This document shows positions 28,201 to 35,673 of a stretch of 62,705 bases of DNA, one piece after another (the first letter of the stretch is position 1; each line of letters starts with the position of its first letter). Under the pieces are notes generated by a model. The model saw nothing but the letters and a program-made list of their open reading frames with translations. It made no database searches and was not told the DNA's origin. Made by a program: the position numbers and the translations under genes. The DNA lies in IMG/VR virus record IMGVR_UViG_3300044788_000047, positions 1 through 62,705 of that record, one strand, 5' to 3'. Source of the DNA: a virus. Lineage: Duplodnaviria; Caudoviricetes.

Positions 28201-28259
28201 CACAAGACCAGGCGGCCGGCCAAAACAAGCAGCGCGACGAGAATAATCCAGGTGATCAT
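25206..28259 (-). CDS. Long fibre-like protein (1017 aa) with hydrophobic leader and 12 paired Cys
   Basis: Gly/Thr/Ala/Ser-rich fibre repeats (GGTG, KGDLL..., QVLTADS), an internal ~110-aa duplication, leader ending VGTAPA|Q. Confidence 0.8.
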   Translation of the reverse strand: MITWIILVALLVLAGRLVLWRGYLGLAWLLPLLLLVSVGTAPAQTIRPKQVLIPDGTGSVLKAPKMTTAQRDASSHVDGEIIDCSDCAPAGVYFYFAGAWHASGTGAGAGTVTNTLGNLTLNQLMLGNGGADATVLGSLGSATTVLHGGAGAPTFGSVVSADLNLTATTCTNQVVTALSAAAAGTCASVTNSMLAGSIAASKLVGTDIATVGTITSGTWNGTAIAANHGGTGQTSYAAKGDLLVSSGTTTLTKLTVGSNTQVLTADSTQATGVKWSAAGSGTVTASGSPSVHHLAVFTTATDVTGLAPGATGTYLRSVSASDPIWSTVTLPNAFTVGDLLAATSTNVGGVIADVAVGNVLLSGGVGALPFYGTVDLAAHVGASILPVANGGSGAATFTVHGVLVGNTASPFGVTTAGATGTVLAGATGADPAFTATPALTSVTTSGQGALVVGPYGVGVGNTGELRFLELAANGSNYVGFKAADTLGGNLIWKLPTVDGANGECLATDGAGTLSWGACSAGSGTGITSLNGLNGAVQTFADDTNVTMVSAGTTHTITWASTLSVPRGGLGAGTHTDHGVLLGAGTSAVTATAEGVTGTVLQGSTGNPPAFTATPTVTSVTTTGQAALSAGPYGVGAGNTGEVRFLELAANGTDSVGFKAPNSIASSVIWTLPTADGTNGQCWVTNGSGVLSFGACATNQAPADAQYLTLALNGTLTNERALTAGANISFADAGANSTLTVTAVPSGSTTQVQYNASGAFAASANLTFDGTDLTLGRNILLAGATMDSTTANGNPRWIVTEPGGHAQYGPTTDPTARHPYMTLLLNNLSNANKTGIYCENVTSDSFANNCLVSYHFSQKDVGADASGITGIEMGNGNAGTFIKFVQNRTAGLPTLVDATSRQYGFALEVFGEGDSTSVFTGSDSGIGLAAGVGEVVGPPWAEGVLIYPRTNASNLASRIALRVTQNQDNLVSTSNDAFRLMMNGTLFLPTIPAVSGTRFLCISTTGQITSSASACSGT

Positions 28260-28594
28260 GGTTTATTCTCGCAGATGGGCCAGGCGCGCTCGACCGCTTT
28301 CCAGAATTGCACCGCGGCCTCGGCCTGATCGCCTTTCCACTCTATCGTCTTCGTAGCGGGATCTATGGTGAGGAAGGTCCTGCCCTCCGCGTCCACGAAC
28401 AAAAGTTTCGCCGGTCCCAGCAGCGGGCCCACGTCGTATGTGCCTTGCGTGGACCGCAGAACGTGACCTTTGCTGCCTGACGGCTCGGCGCTGGCCGTCC
28501 CCACCCAGACGAGCATGAGAACGGCCAGCGTCAGATAGGTGGCCAGGGAATAGCGAAAAAGAAGCCTGGGTCGATGCTGACCACCCCCATTCAT
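28256..28594 (-). CDS. Small exported protein
   Basis: Leader ...LATYLTLAVLMLVWVGTASA, shared at the DNA level with 49016-49993. Confidence 0.6.
   Translation of the reverse strand: MNGGGQHRPRLLFRYSLATYLTLAVLMLVWVGTASAEPSGSKGHVLRSTQGTYDVGPLLGPAKLLFVDAEGRTFLTIDPATKTIEWKGDQAEAAVQFWKAVERAWPICENKP
28486..28550. repeat. 65-bp direct repeat encoding a signal peptide, copy A
   Basis: 64/65 identical to 49876-49940. Confidence 0.95.
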
Positions 28595-28595
28595 G

Positions 28596-28937
28596 TCAGC
28601 CCTTCCACTCTCGGTTGAGGGTCCTCGGGGCGTAGTAGGTGATCTGGAGCGTGGCGTCGGCCGTCACCCGGATCGCCCGGAACCCGATGAGCTCGGGCAC
28701 GAAGAGATAGAATTTTTCTCCGGCTGCCACCAGGATGCCCTGCGCGCCGGTGGGGTTGTTGCCGGAGATCCCGCTGTCCTTCCAGTACCGGATCTGATCG
28801 ACTTCGCACACGATCTCGGCCAGGGCCGCGGCCCCAGCCTTCGCGGCCGTGAGACCGACGGCATTGAGACTGACGGTGAGCGTTTCGTGGTCTTGCGGTT
28901 GGTAGTTGCGAAGGTCGGGACCCTGCGTATCCGGCAT
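28596..28937 (-). CDS. Small beta-sandwich (spike-base-like) protein, paralogue 1
   Basis: ETLTV...A.I..E...IRY...PT...G...A.L.ITYY pattern shared with 48363-48788 and 54271-54591. Confidence 0.6.
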   Translation of the reverse strand: MPDTQGPDLRNYQPQDHETLTVSLNAVGLTAAKAGAAALAEIVCEVDQIRYWKDSGISGNNPTGAQGILVAAGEKFYLFVPELIGFRAIRVTADATLQITYYAPRTLNREWKG

Positions 28938-28972
28938 ACGTTCTCCCTCTCGTGAGGCAACGGGCAGCCGCC

Positions 28973-28995
28973 TCTACTGAGGGGCGGCGAGTCGC
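28973..28995 (-). promoter_or_regulatory. Putative late promoter motif, copy 2
   Basis: GCGACTCGCCGCCCCTCAGTAGA, intergenic, heading the fibre/terminase block. Confidence 0.7.
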
Positions 28996-29010
28996 AGGGG
29001 CCCGAGGCGA

Positions 29011-29277
29011 CTAGGTGTGGAGCGTGCTGCGGCGGCTTTGGACCAGCAACGGCTGGATGCGAGCGGTGATGCCGTCCAAGGACAACGGGGTGGGCACCGC
29101 GATGAAGATCAACTGGTCTCCGTCACCCAGAAGAAACCGGATGCACTCGCCGCCCTGGTCTGGATCTTGCGCGGCTTCTTTCGAGAATCCCTTGATCGTC
29201 CGACCCTTGACGATCTCAGCCACCTGGTCGAGCGTCATGGGTTTCGCACCGGGAAGACTGTTCCAGTCGGCCATCAT
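29011..29277 (-). CDS. Hypothetical protein (88 aa)
   Basis: ATG at 29277 overlapping the upstream stop; GGAG RBS. Confidence 0.55.
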   Translation of the reverse strand: MMADWNSLPGAKPMTLDQVAEIVKGRTIKGFSKEAAQDPDQGGECIRFLLGDGDQLIFIAVPTPLSLDGITARIQPLLVQSRRSTLHT

Positions 29278-29630
29278 CTCGTCTCCACAGGAAAGAGGTC
29301 GCCAAGAGCCTTGCCGGTCCGTCTCGTGTTGTGGGCGTTCTTGACATGGAAGGGCGTGTCGTAGCGAAGGTGGCACCGCTGGCACATCGCGCGCATGTGG
29401 GTTTCGTCCTCGCAGGTCGAGTCGTGGCAGAGGTGCGCGACAGTCAAGATCACCTTCCCCTTCGCCCACTTCGCCGGTTGGCCGTGCCGTTCCTCGCACC
29501 TACGTGGTCCCGGATGCGTTCGGTGGAGCCCGCATTCCCCCTCGCACTCACAGCGGCCCTCGGCCCGGTGAAACCTGACTCGCAGGCTGATTGAGGGCCA
29601 CGCTGGCGGGTAGGCTCTTTGGGTGGGCAT
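29274..29630 (-). CDS. HNH-family zinc-binding endonuclease-like protein
   Basis: YP..W..IS...RA.GRCEC...LTVAHL.HD......H.RAMCQRCH. Confidence 0.7.
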   Translation of the reverse strand: MPTQRAYPPAWPSISLRVRFHRAEGRCECEGECGLHRTHPGPRRCEERHGQPAKWAKGKVILTVAHLCHDSTCEDETHMRAMCQRCHLRYDTPFHVKNAHNTRRTGKALGDLFPVETR

Positions 29631-30147
29631 CTATCCCCGAATCGTCCGGATGAGCTCGGCGATTTCCGTCCACGCCGCCGCGACAACGGCGGCCATTACG
29701 ACGACGATGAAAAGAATGCCGGTGATGGTGAACCCCTTCGCGTAGCGCCGGTCGTGCTCGCTCGGTCCCTGGCCGTAGTCGAGGGTCATAGGCGCGTCCT
29801 CAGTTTCTCCTCGACGGTTTTCTTGGACAATCCGTATTTTCTTGCGAGACCGACGACCGACAAGCCGCGGAGAAAGTCTTTGGCCAGAACATATCGGCGG
29901 ACGTACTTGCGCTCGTGATGGCCCTTGCAACCTTTGCCGTCTCGGCACCAGAACGGCACCATGTCGTAGTACACCTGCACGGTACAGTTCTTCGCCCACC
30001 GCTGCTTGTAGCAACAAGACGTGGTCACCGTGCGATATGGCGGATTTCGTGTCCAGAAGCGCATGGGTTTCTTCAAGTCTCCGAGCACGATCACAAATCT
30101 CGTGGCGGGCTGATGCGCGCTCGTGTAGATGTGGATGCGATGCTTTT

Positions 30148-30303
30148 TCACCGCTTCTTCTTCACGCGCTCCGGCAGGCCCTTGTGCTTCGTCGAGGCGA
30201 AGTCCCGCGCGACGGCTGGCGCCGGGCATTTCCCGTCGGCGTGCTTCGGGTCGTGCGCGCACATCCCCATGAACCGCTGCTGCGCCTTAGACTTTGCTGG
30301 CAT
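30148..30303 (-). CDS. DUF3008-like small basic protein (51 aa)
   Basis: Manual translation MPAKSKAQQRFMG...FASTKHKGLPERVKKKR; below the ORF-track cut-off. Confidence 0.65.
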   Translation of the reverse strand: MPAKSKAQQRFMGMCAHDPKHADGKCPAPAVARDFASTKHKGLPERVKKKR

Positions 30304-30730
30304 CGTTCAGCCTCCGTTTCCCGTACTCCGTGACCTCGTAGAGAATGCTCGGCCGGCCGCCACCCGGGCCGACGGGTTTGACGCGCGTGGCGATCCGGAT
30401 GAGCGCCGGGTGGTGGGGCGCGTGGTACAGCAACCAGTAGCGGGCCTGCGTGAAGGCGGTGATGCCGACGTGACCGAGGACAATCTGCAATGCGTTCACG
30501 GTGAACCGCGAGGGCAGAAGCGCGAGGGCCTCGAGGAGGAGCGCGTCGGTGACGCGGCGGGCGGTCATCCCGTCCCTCCCTGCGCGGCGGCGCTCATTTC
30601 ACGACACGTAGGGCACGGGCAAGCCTTGATCGTTGGACGCTTCTTGCGCGTGAGCCACAATTCGTGGTGGCAATCGAGTTCGAGGCACCACCGATTCGGA
30701 TTCAGTGGAGACTGGTCTATACGTACAACC

Positions 30731-30892
30731 TTAGCCATTGCTCCCTCCCTGCGCGGCGGCGCGGACTTCATTCTGCTCTCGAATGTCAAGCAGGGCTTCG
30801 AGGATCGCGTCAAGTCGATCCATTAGCGGAACAACGCTGCGCTCATCGGCGCGGCTTCATAGGTCACGTCGAATGGTGTCACGGCTTCTCAT
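30731..30892 (-). pseudogene. Small cassette gene interrupted by an in-frame TGA
   Basis: MRSRDTIRRDL*SRADERSVVPLMDRLDAILEALLDIREQNEVRAAAQGGSNG; TGA at 30857-30859; bounded by junction repeats. Confidence 0.5.
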
Positions 30893-31120
30893 GTTTTCCC
30901 TCCCTGCGCGGGCAGATTACGAACGTAGCGATCATAAATAAACTCCGCTGTCGCCCGTTTCATCCGCTCGCTCGTGGATTTCTCAATCCAGTCGATGGCT
31001 CCCTTTAGCGCCTTGACGTCTGGATCGAGTCGGGCGTGCTTGCGGCAGCGTCCCGGAGAACAATGCTTACCACTGTGTCTTTTCATTGCGCCCCTCCCTG
31101 CGCGGAAGCACTAATAAGAG

Positions 31121-31264
31121 TCACGACCACGACCGCGACCGCGACCACGACCGCGACCGCGACCCCGACCGCGACCCCGACCCCGACCACGACCCCGACC
31201 CCGACCGCGACCCCGACCCCGACCGCGACCAGACCCTCCAGCGTTGCTTCAAGGCGCGGCGCAT
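31121..31264 (-). CDS. 47-aa Ser-Arg/Gly/Trp dipeptide-repeat peptide
   Basis: MRRALKQRWRVW(S-R/G/W)17S; ATG 1 nt after the upstream stop; DNA is (TCG-NGG)n. Confidence 0.7.
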   Translation of the reverse strand: MRRALKQRWRVWSRSGSGSRSGSGSWSGSGSRSGSRSRSWSRSRSWS

Positions 31265-31265
31265 C

Positions 31266-31523
31266 TTACTTCACTCGGCCGAAGCTCTCGATACATGCCT
31301 GCATGATGTACAGTTCGTGCGGGAGCGGTTGGGCGTCCTTCCACTTCGGATCGGTAAACGCCCCGGTTTCATAGACGATCGCCGGGTCGGCTAGGAGCAC
31401 GCAATCCGCATTCACGCCGGTCAACGTGCCCGTGTAGATATAGTTCAAGCAGAAGAGGGTGATACGCTCTCCGAGGAGCTTCATCAGACCTTCGCCGCTC
31501 ACGTCCTCGACCAGCTTCTTCAT
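31266..31523 (-). CDS. Sm/LSm-fold-like small protein
   Basis: Helix then LLGERITLF...YIYTGTLTGVN..CVLL.D..IV...LYI....IESF; AGGAG RBS. Confidence 0.55.
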   Translation of the reverse strand: MKKLVEDVSGEGLMKLLGERITLFCLNYIYTGTLTGVNADCVLLADPAIVYETGAFTDPKWKDAQPLPHELYIMQACIESFGRVK

Positions 31524-32307
31524 GCTGTCTCTCCTGTGGTGGATGCTATACCCCCCTGCGTGGCGGCGCGGGCGCGCGGATCATGAATAAGACACGAGAA
31601 TGAGCATGGATGTTTCCCCTTGTGGCACGTCCCAGCGCACGGGCAGTACAGTTTCATTCCGTCCCTCCTTGCGCGGCGGCGCGGGCGCTCTTGGCTAAAT
31701 CTTTATTGGCTTGTTCTGTCAGCGCGCTGAACAAGCCGTGATATTCACACGCCTTTACGAGCGCGATCAGATCGGTCTCGATACGTTTGGCTCTCGACCG
31801 GCGATCGTTGTTCAAAAAAACATCCGCGCCAGCACGGGTAGCCTCCGCAAGAGTTGTCATCTTCCCGCGGCGGCGCGGGCCTCAAGTGTTTGGATTACAA
31901 ATTGACCGTTGTACATTTTCCTTCCGTTGAACAACGCCGCCGCCGCCGTCCACGTCTCCTGTTCACGTACCTTGAGACGTTCAGCCAGGTTATTGATGGA
32001 CGCGCAAGCGAGCTTTTCTTGACCCTTGAGCCGCTCGATCTCCCGCGCCTGCTCCAGCTCGGTAAGGGTAAGGGCAATCCATACTTCAAGTGATGTCAAT
32101 GTCGATGTAGCCATGATCGTCCTCGCCTTCTCTAGCATCGCGGGTGTTAGCGTCGTCATGGGCACACACACGCGAATGGGGTGCCGTAACACCCCCAACG
32201 TCCATTGGGCAGCGTGACGATCCATCCGACGACGTGTCCACATTCACATATGAGAAATGGGCTTACCCGTACATGAGGTTTCGTCGCCACCGCCTCGGGC
32301 GTCGGGG

Positions 32308-32559
32308 TCATCGCCCGCCCTCCTCCACCGCGTCGGCTTCGCAATCGTCGAGCTTCAGGTTGATCTGGTGCCCGAGCCTCGCGGCCATCGCGAGCGCCGT
32401 GCGAAGATTCCCTCGCCAGTTGATCCGGATCTTCTCGAGCCCGGCCTCCGGCACCCACGGCGAGTGCCCCGCAAAGAGCGCCGTCTCGTAGCGCGCGAAG
32501 AGTTCCTCGAGCAACTCTCCGGTCGGAATCAACTCGTGCGGCCTCGTGGTGGTCTCCAT
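32308..32559 (-). CDS. Hypothetical protein (83 aa), possibly leaderless
   Basis: ATG 7 nt below a candidate -10 box. Confidence 0.5.
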   Translation of the reverse strand: METTTRPHELIPTGELLEELFARYETALFAGHSPWVPEAGLEKIRINWRGNLRTALAMAARLGHQINLKLDDCEADAVEEGGR

Positions 32560-32566
32560 GCCCGAG

Positions 32567-32596
32567 AGGATATGATATTGTTTCGGTACCTGTCAA
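32567..32596 (-). promoter_or_regulatory. Sigma70-type promoter candidate
   Basis: TTGACA-N18-TATCCT. Confidence 0.5.
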
Positions 32597-32774
32597 GCTG
32601 TATTTTCGGGGGACTAACGAAGAACATGAACCCAATCGGCCCAACACCAAGAAGCCAGAGATTGAGATAGCGATTGGCGTAGGGCCATGCCCACGGCCTC
32701 CAGAACAGACGAAGCGGACCTAGGTCAAGCACGACCACCTCCGCCACTCGGTCACATGGTAGCCTCCCTTGGTC

Positions 32775-32788
32775 GTTCCACGTGGAAC
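32775..32788. promoter_or_regulatory. parS-type palindrome (ParB loading site)
   Basis: Perfect 14-bp palindrome GTTCCACGTGGAAC, matching the core of the chromosomal parS consensus TGTTNCACGTGAAACA; in a gene-poor region. Confidence 0.75.
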
Positions 32789-32804
32789 CCTAGTCATGGG
32801 CCAG

Positions 32805-32833
32805 AGGATGGCTGAGAATTGAAAAGCTGTCAA
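32805..32833 (-). promoter_or_regulatory. Sigma70-type promoter candidate reading into parS
   Basis: TTGACA-N17-CATCCT. Confidence 0.55.
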
Positions 32834-33213
32834 GAATTTTCGGACTTGGGAATCGGGAGCGATGTGCGACGAGAGGAACCAATTTGCCGAGGCCAGCAAT
32901 ATGCTACGCAGTGCGTTAGGAGTTGAGAATGGGGATGGGACAGACGGAAACGGGGATCTCTCTCCCCGTGGGGCCGGGCGTGGGTGACGGGGGGCCCCGG
33001 GTCGCCGTTTTGTGGGCCTGCGGGTGCGCCTGGGCGTGGTGTGTGGGGCAGGGGTAGAGGTCGAGGTGGAACCTCGGCGGCCGGCTGGAGGCCTGAGCTG
33101 CCTGCGAGCTCGGCGTCATGATGGCATTAGGGCATCAGGTTCGCCAGTTTCCATTTTCTCCGGGCGGTGCGTCATCGTATATACGTCAGCATTTACACAT
33201 AGATACGTGGATT

Positions 33214-33241
33214 AGGTCTGATAATGGACATTATGTCAACC
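33214..33241 (+). other. dif-like XerC/XerD recombination site
   Basis: AGGTCTGATAA-TGGACA-TTATGTCAACC: 11-6-11 layout with inner ATAA/TTAT symmetry (E. coli dif is GGTGCGCATAA-TGTATA-TTATGTTAAAT); in the AT-rich non-coding region. Confidence 0.8.
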
Positions 33242-33447
33242 ACCGTCCTGGCGTCATGATGCTAGTCTTTACAGGCACTTAGTTTATCTGGGGCATTTGT
33301 GCCCCACTCTTGGCGGTTAGAGGCGGAGCTGATCTGAGAGTGGGTGCCCGTACTCCTTATCTTATCCTTACTACTTCTACTACTACTACGTCACCAGTGT
33401 GTAGATATGTCCTGTATATCCTCTCCACATACTCTCCATACCATATC

Positions 33448-33460
33448 AATCAATCCTTTA
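33448..33460 (+). promoter_or_regulatory. IHF-like site near dif
   Basis: AATCAATCCTTTA fits WATCAANNNNTTR; two TTTWCAGGCACTT repeats nearby (~33268, ~33461). Confidence 0.35.
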
Positions 33461-33574
33461 TTTTCAGGCACTTTACCTACTTATAAACATGGCGACCAGA
33501 ACAGTCGGCGCTGAAAGTTGCTGAAAGGCATTGGCTATGTACGTTTTCGAGATAAAACCTCGTAATTGGCTGGT

Positions 33575-34093
33575 TCACTTCTGACCAGAAAGAGATCGTA
33601 GTATGAGCATCCCACGCTCAAGTCGTCGGTACAGCGTGGCACGATCAACACGCAGGAGGTCGGCAATGGTCTCCGCTGAGTCGAAGAGGCCGGAGGCACG
33701 GAGAGCAAGCGGGAGGCGCAAGCGAGGGTCTGGGAGCACCCGATGAATGGCGAGGTGGTTGGGGTAGGCGACTGGCAGGGGAGCTGGGGCGATGAGCTTA
33801 GCAGCGCGGCGCAGGACCGTGTAGGGGTCTTGGGTGAGGGCAGGCAGGGCGTAGGCGACGGTCCTATGCTGCTCGCGTGATCGACAGAGCAGGACAACCA
33901 CAGCGCGGGTCAGGGGATTCAGGCAGGCTATCAGCGGGTCGGTGGACGGGTATTCTAGCGGGTGGTGCGCGCGTTCGTCACGGAAGATGTCGAGGGGCAC
34001 GCGGCTGACGGGCTCGGGCTCGCGGTGGGTGGATCCGATGAGCTGGGCGAGCTCGCGGCGCCGACCGAGGTCGAAGGCCTGGACGCGGGTCAC
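33575..34093 (-). CDS. Putative transcription regulator with C-terminal sigma-region-4-like HTH (candidate late activator)
   Basis: C-terminal ETIADLLRVDRATLYRRLERGMLILR. Confidence 0.55.
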   Translation of the reverse strand: MTRVQAFDLGRRRELAQLIGSTHREPEPVSRVPLDIFRDERAHHPLEYPSTDPLIACLNPLTRAVVVLLCRSREQHRTVAYALPALTQDPYTVLRRAAKLIAPAPLPVAYPNHLAIHRVLPDPRLRLPLALRASGLFDSAETIADLLRVDRATLYRRLERGMLILRSLSGQK

Positions 34094-34338
34094 GGCATCG
34101 GCTCGGGGCCTTTCAGGGGAGGCGGCATCTGGGGCAGGCCGAGCGCGCGGGCGATCCAGAGCTGGTGGCAGTCGGGATGAAAGACCGCGGGGCCTTGGAC
34201 CGTGAAAGGGTGGGTCAGCTCCACCTTATCTCCGCACGCGGCGCAGACCCAGAGGATGTGGCGGTGGGTCGTCGGTCGTATCGCGCGCGAGCCGTTTTGG
34301 CCGCGGGTGCAGGCGTCCATCATCGGAAAGGCGTCCAC
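34090..34338 (-). CDS. Small Cys/His zinc-finger-like protein
   Basis: CAAC...FHPDC; overlaps the next gene's start; directly below a promoter candidate. Confidence 0.5.
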   Translation of the reverse strand: MDAFPMMDACTRGQNGSRAIRPTTHRHILWVCAACGDKVELTHPFTVQGPAVFHPDCHQLWIARALGLPQMPPPLKGPEPMP

Positions 34339-34346
34339 GAGGCAGG

Positions 34347-34376
34347 AACGTAGCCGAACTGGGGCGCGGCTGTCAA
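34347..34376 (-). promoter_or_regulatory. Sigma70-type leftward promoter candidate
   Basis: TTGACA-N18-TACGTT at the point where the strands diverge. Confidence 0.55.
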
Positions 34377-34508
34377 GATATAATAGGTTTCGGGCAGGGC
34401 GAGCCGCCCGTGTAAAACTTCCATTAGTTTCGGGCAGAATGGGGGAGTGCCTAAAGAATACGCATTCGTGAATCCTTTAGTTTTATCGGGTTATGATTTA
34501 GATTGACG

Positions 34509-34523
34509 TGGCACGGGCCTTGC
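34509..34523 (+). promoter_or_regulatory. Sigma54 (-24/-12) promoter candidate heading the early genes
   Basis: TGGCACGGGCCTTGC = TGGCAC-N5-TTGC; GTTTCGGGCAG direct repeats upstream at 34387 and 34427. Confidence 0.7.
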
Positions 34524-34608
34524 GTGTATGTGTAGCATGATGAGGCCGCAGGACACCACAGGAACCCGCACCCAGGAGACCAACGACTCGAGGGAGGGAG
34601 AAAACGAC

Positions 34609-34968
34609 ATGGACTCAAACGAGGTTTGTACTGACTGCGGCGCAGGCGGCATCCTAATCAGCCCAGCGGGGCAGTGCCATCAGTGCGAGCAGGATCAACG
34701 TGAGCTGGACGCAGAGGACGGGGAGAGGAACGACATGAACAGCAGATACCGGCTCGTAGCGGCCGACGACATGAGCGTATCGGAGGAAATCACCAGCGTC
34801 TTTGACGCCCGTCTGATTGCTCAGGCCCCCGCCATGCGGGAGGCGCTCAACGGTTTCCTTGAGTGGTACAAGGGACTTGAAAGTCCCGGCCTTGCGCCTC
34901 ATTCGCTGGAACTGACTGCGCGGCTTCGTGAGGCCCGCGCCGTCCTGCGGGCCTGTGAGGAGACCTAG
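34609..34968 (+). CDS. Early hypothetical protein (CxxC/CxxC + ARLIAQAP motif)
   Basis: GGGAG RBS; ARLIAQAPAMREAL shared with 37097-37410. Confidence 0.6.
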   Translation: MDSNEVCTDCGAGGILISPAGQCHQCEQDQRELDAEDGERNDMNSRYRLVAADDMSVSEEITSVFDARLIAQAPAMREALNGFLEWYKGLESPGLAPHSLELTARLREARAVLRACEET

Positions 34969-35393
34969 CCATGCCGGCCGTATACTGCCCCGTGAAGGGT
35001 CATGAAAAGATCCGCCTCCGTTGTCACGCGACTCGCCGCGGGCTGGTATCAGACGATCTTTGCCACGGTGCCCGATGCACGGGCCAAGGGCGCGGAGTTT
35101 GCCCACTGCCTGAACGGCATCGGTGGCTCGCCGGTTCACGTGGTGGACATGGAGCCGGTCAATGCCTAACCTCGTGAAGGTTGCCGTAATTCGGATGCCC
35201 GGCTATCCCATCGGTCAGCCCGCGCCGTGCTACCTCAACTGTCCTTGTGGCGCCAAGCCGAAGCGGGGCGGACTGGCTGAGTACGTCCCCTGCGTGTGCG
35301 GGGCCGTGTACTCGTTCAACGGCTACCTTGTCAACTCATGGCCGATAGCAGGCCGCAGGGTGCAGTGAACCTATCACGGGAGAGAGGGACGAC

Positions 35394-35633
35394 ATGAACG
35401 CTAACGCAAAGCTGAAAACCGAGACGAACACCCAGAGTATGGAGCGGCGCATCTTGAAGGCCGCTGGCGAGCGGCTAGGGCATCGCCGCGACCTGTCGGC
35501 AGACTTCGAGCATGGACAGTGGTGGATCACCAACCGGCGCACAGGCGCGCAGTGGTCCGTGGTCGATGCCGAGGGCGGTCCCAGCGTAGACGGCTTCGAC
35601 TTCGAGCAGGTCACGCAAGGCGACGAGGACTAA
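35394..35633 (+). CDS. Early hypothetical protein
   Basis: 79 aa, purine-rich RBS. Confidence 0.6.
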   Translation: MNANAKLKTETNTQSMERRILKAAGERLGHRRDLSADFEHGQWWITNRRTGAQWSVVDAEGGPSVDGFDFEQVTQGDED

Positions 35634-35673
35634 CCCCCGAGCAGTGAACCCATCGACAGAGGGAGAGGACACC

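Larger units (their letters stand above)
30574..31880 (-). repeat. Seven-copy gene-junction repeat, consensus GCCCGCGCCGCCGCGCAGGGAGGG
   Basis: Copies at 30574-30593, 30743-30762, 30898-30911, 31092-31105, 31551-31575, 31663-31688 and a partial copy at 31867-31880, each at a boundary between small ORFs. Confidence 0.85.

Noticed and set aside
30857-30859. TGA reassignment (alternative genetic code)
   Set aside because: Many genes end in TGA overlapping the next start (ATGA, GTGA, TGATG), and core genes are intact in the standard code.
30574-31880. Junction repeats or the GACCnC hexamer array as a CRISPR array
   Set aside because: The repeats are degenerate and the intervals are variable gene-sized ORFs; the hexamers have no spacers; there is no cas operon and the Cas4-like gene sits in a recombination module.
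33046-33053. KOPS-like GGGCAGGG pointing toward the dif-like site
   Set aside because: A single octamer is expected by chance in GC-rich DNA, and I cannot establish genome-wide polarity by eye.
32850-33560. Structured ncRNA, tRNA or replication origin in the long non-coding region
   Set aside because: I see no cloverleaf, iteron set or DnaA-box cluster that I can support; only the dif-like and IHF-like elements and short (CTA)n runs are evident. A covariance-model search would be needed.
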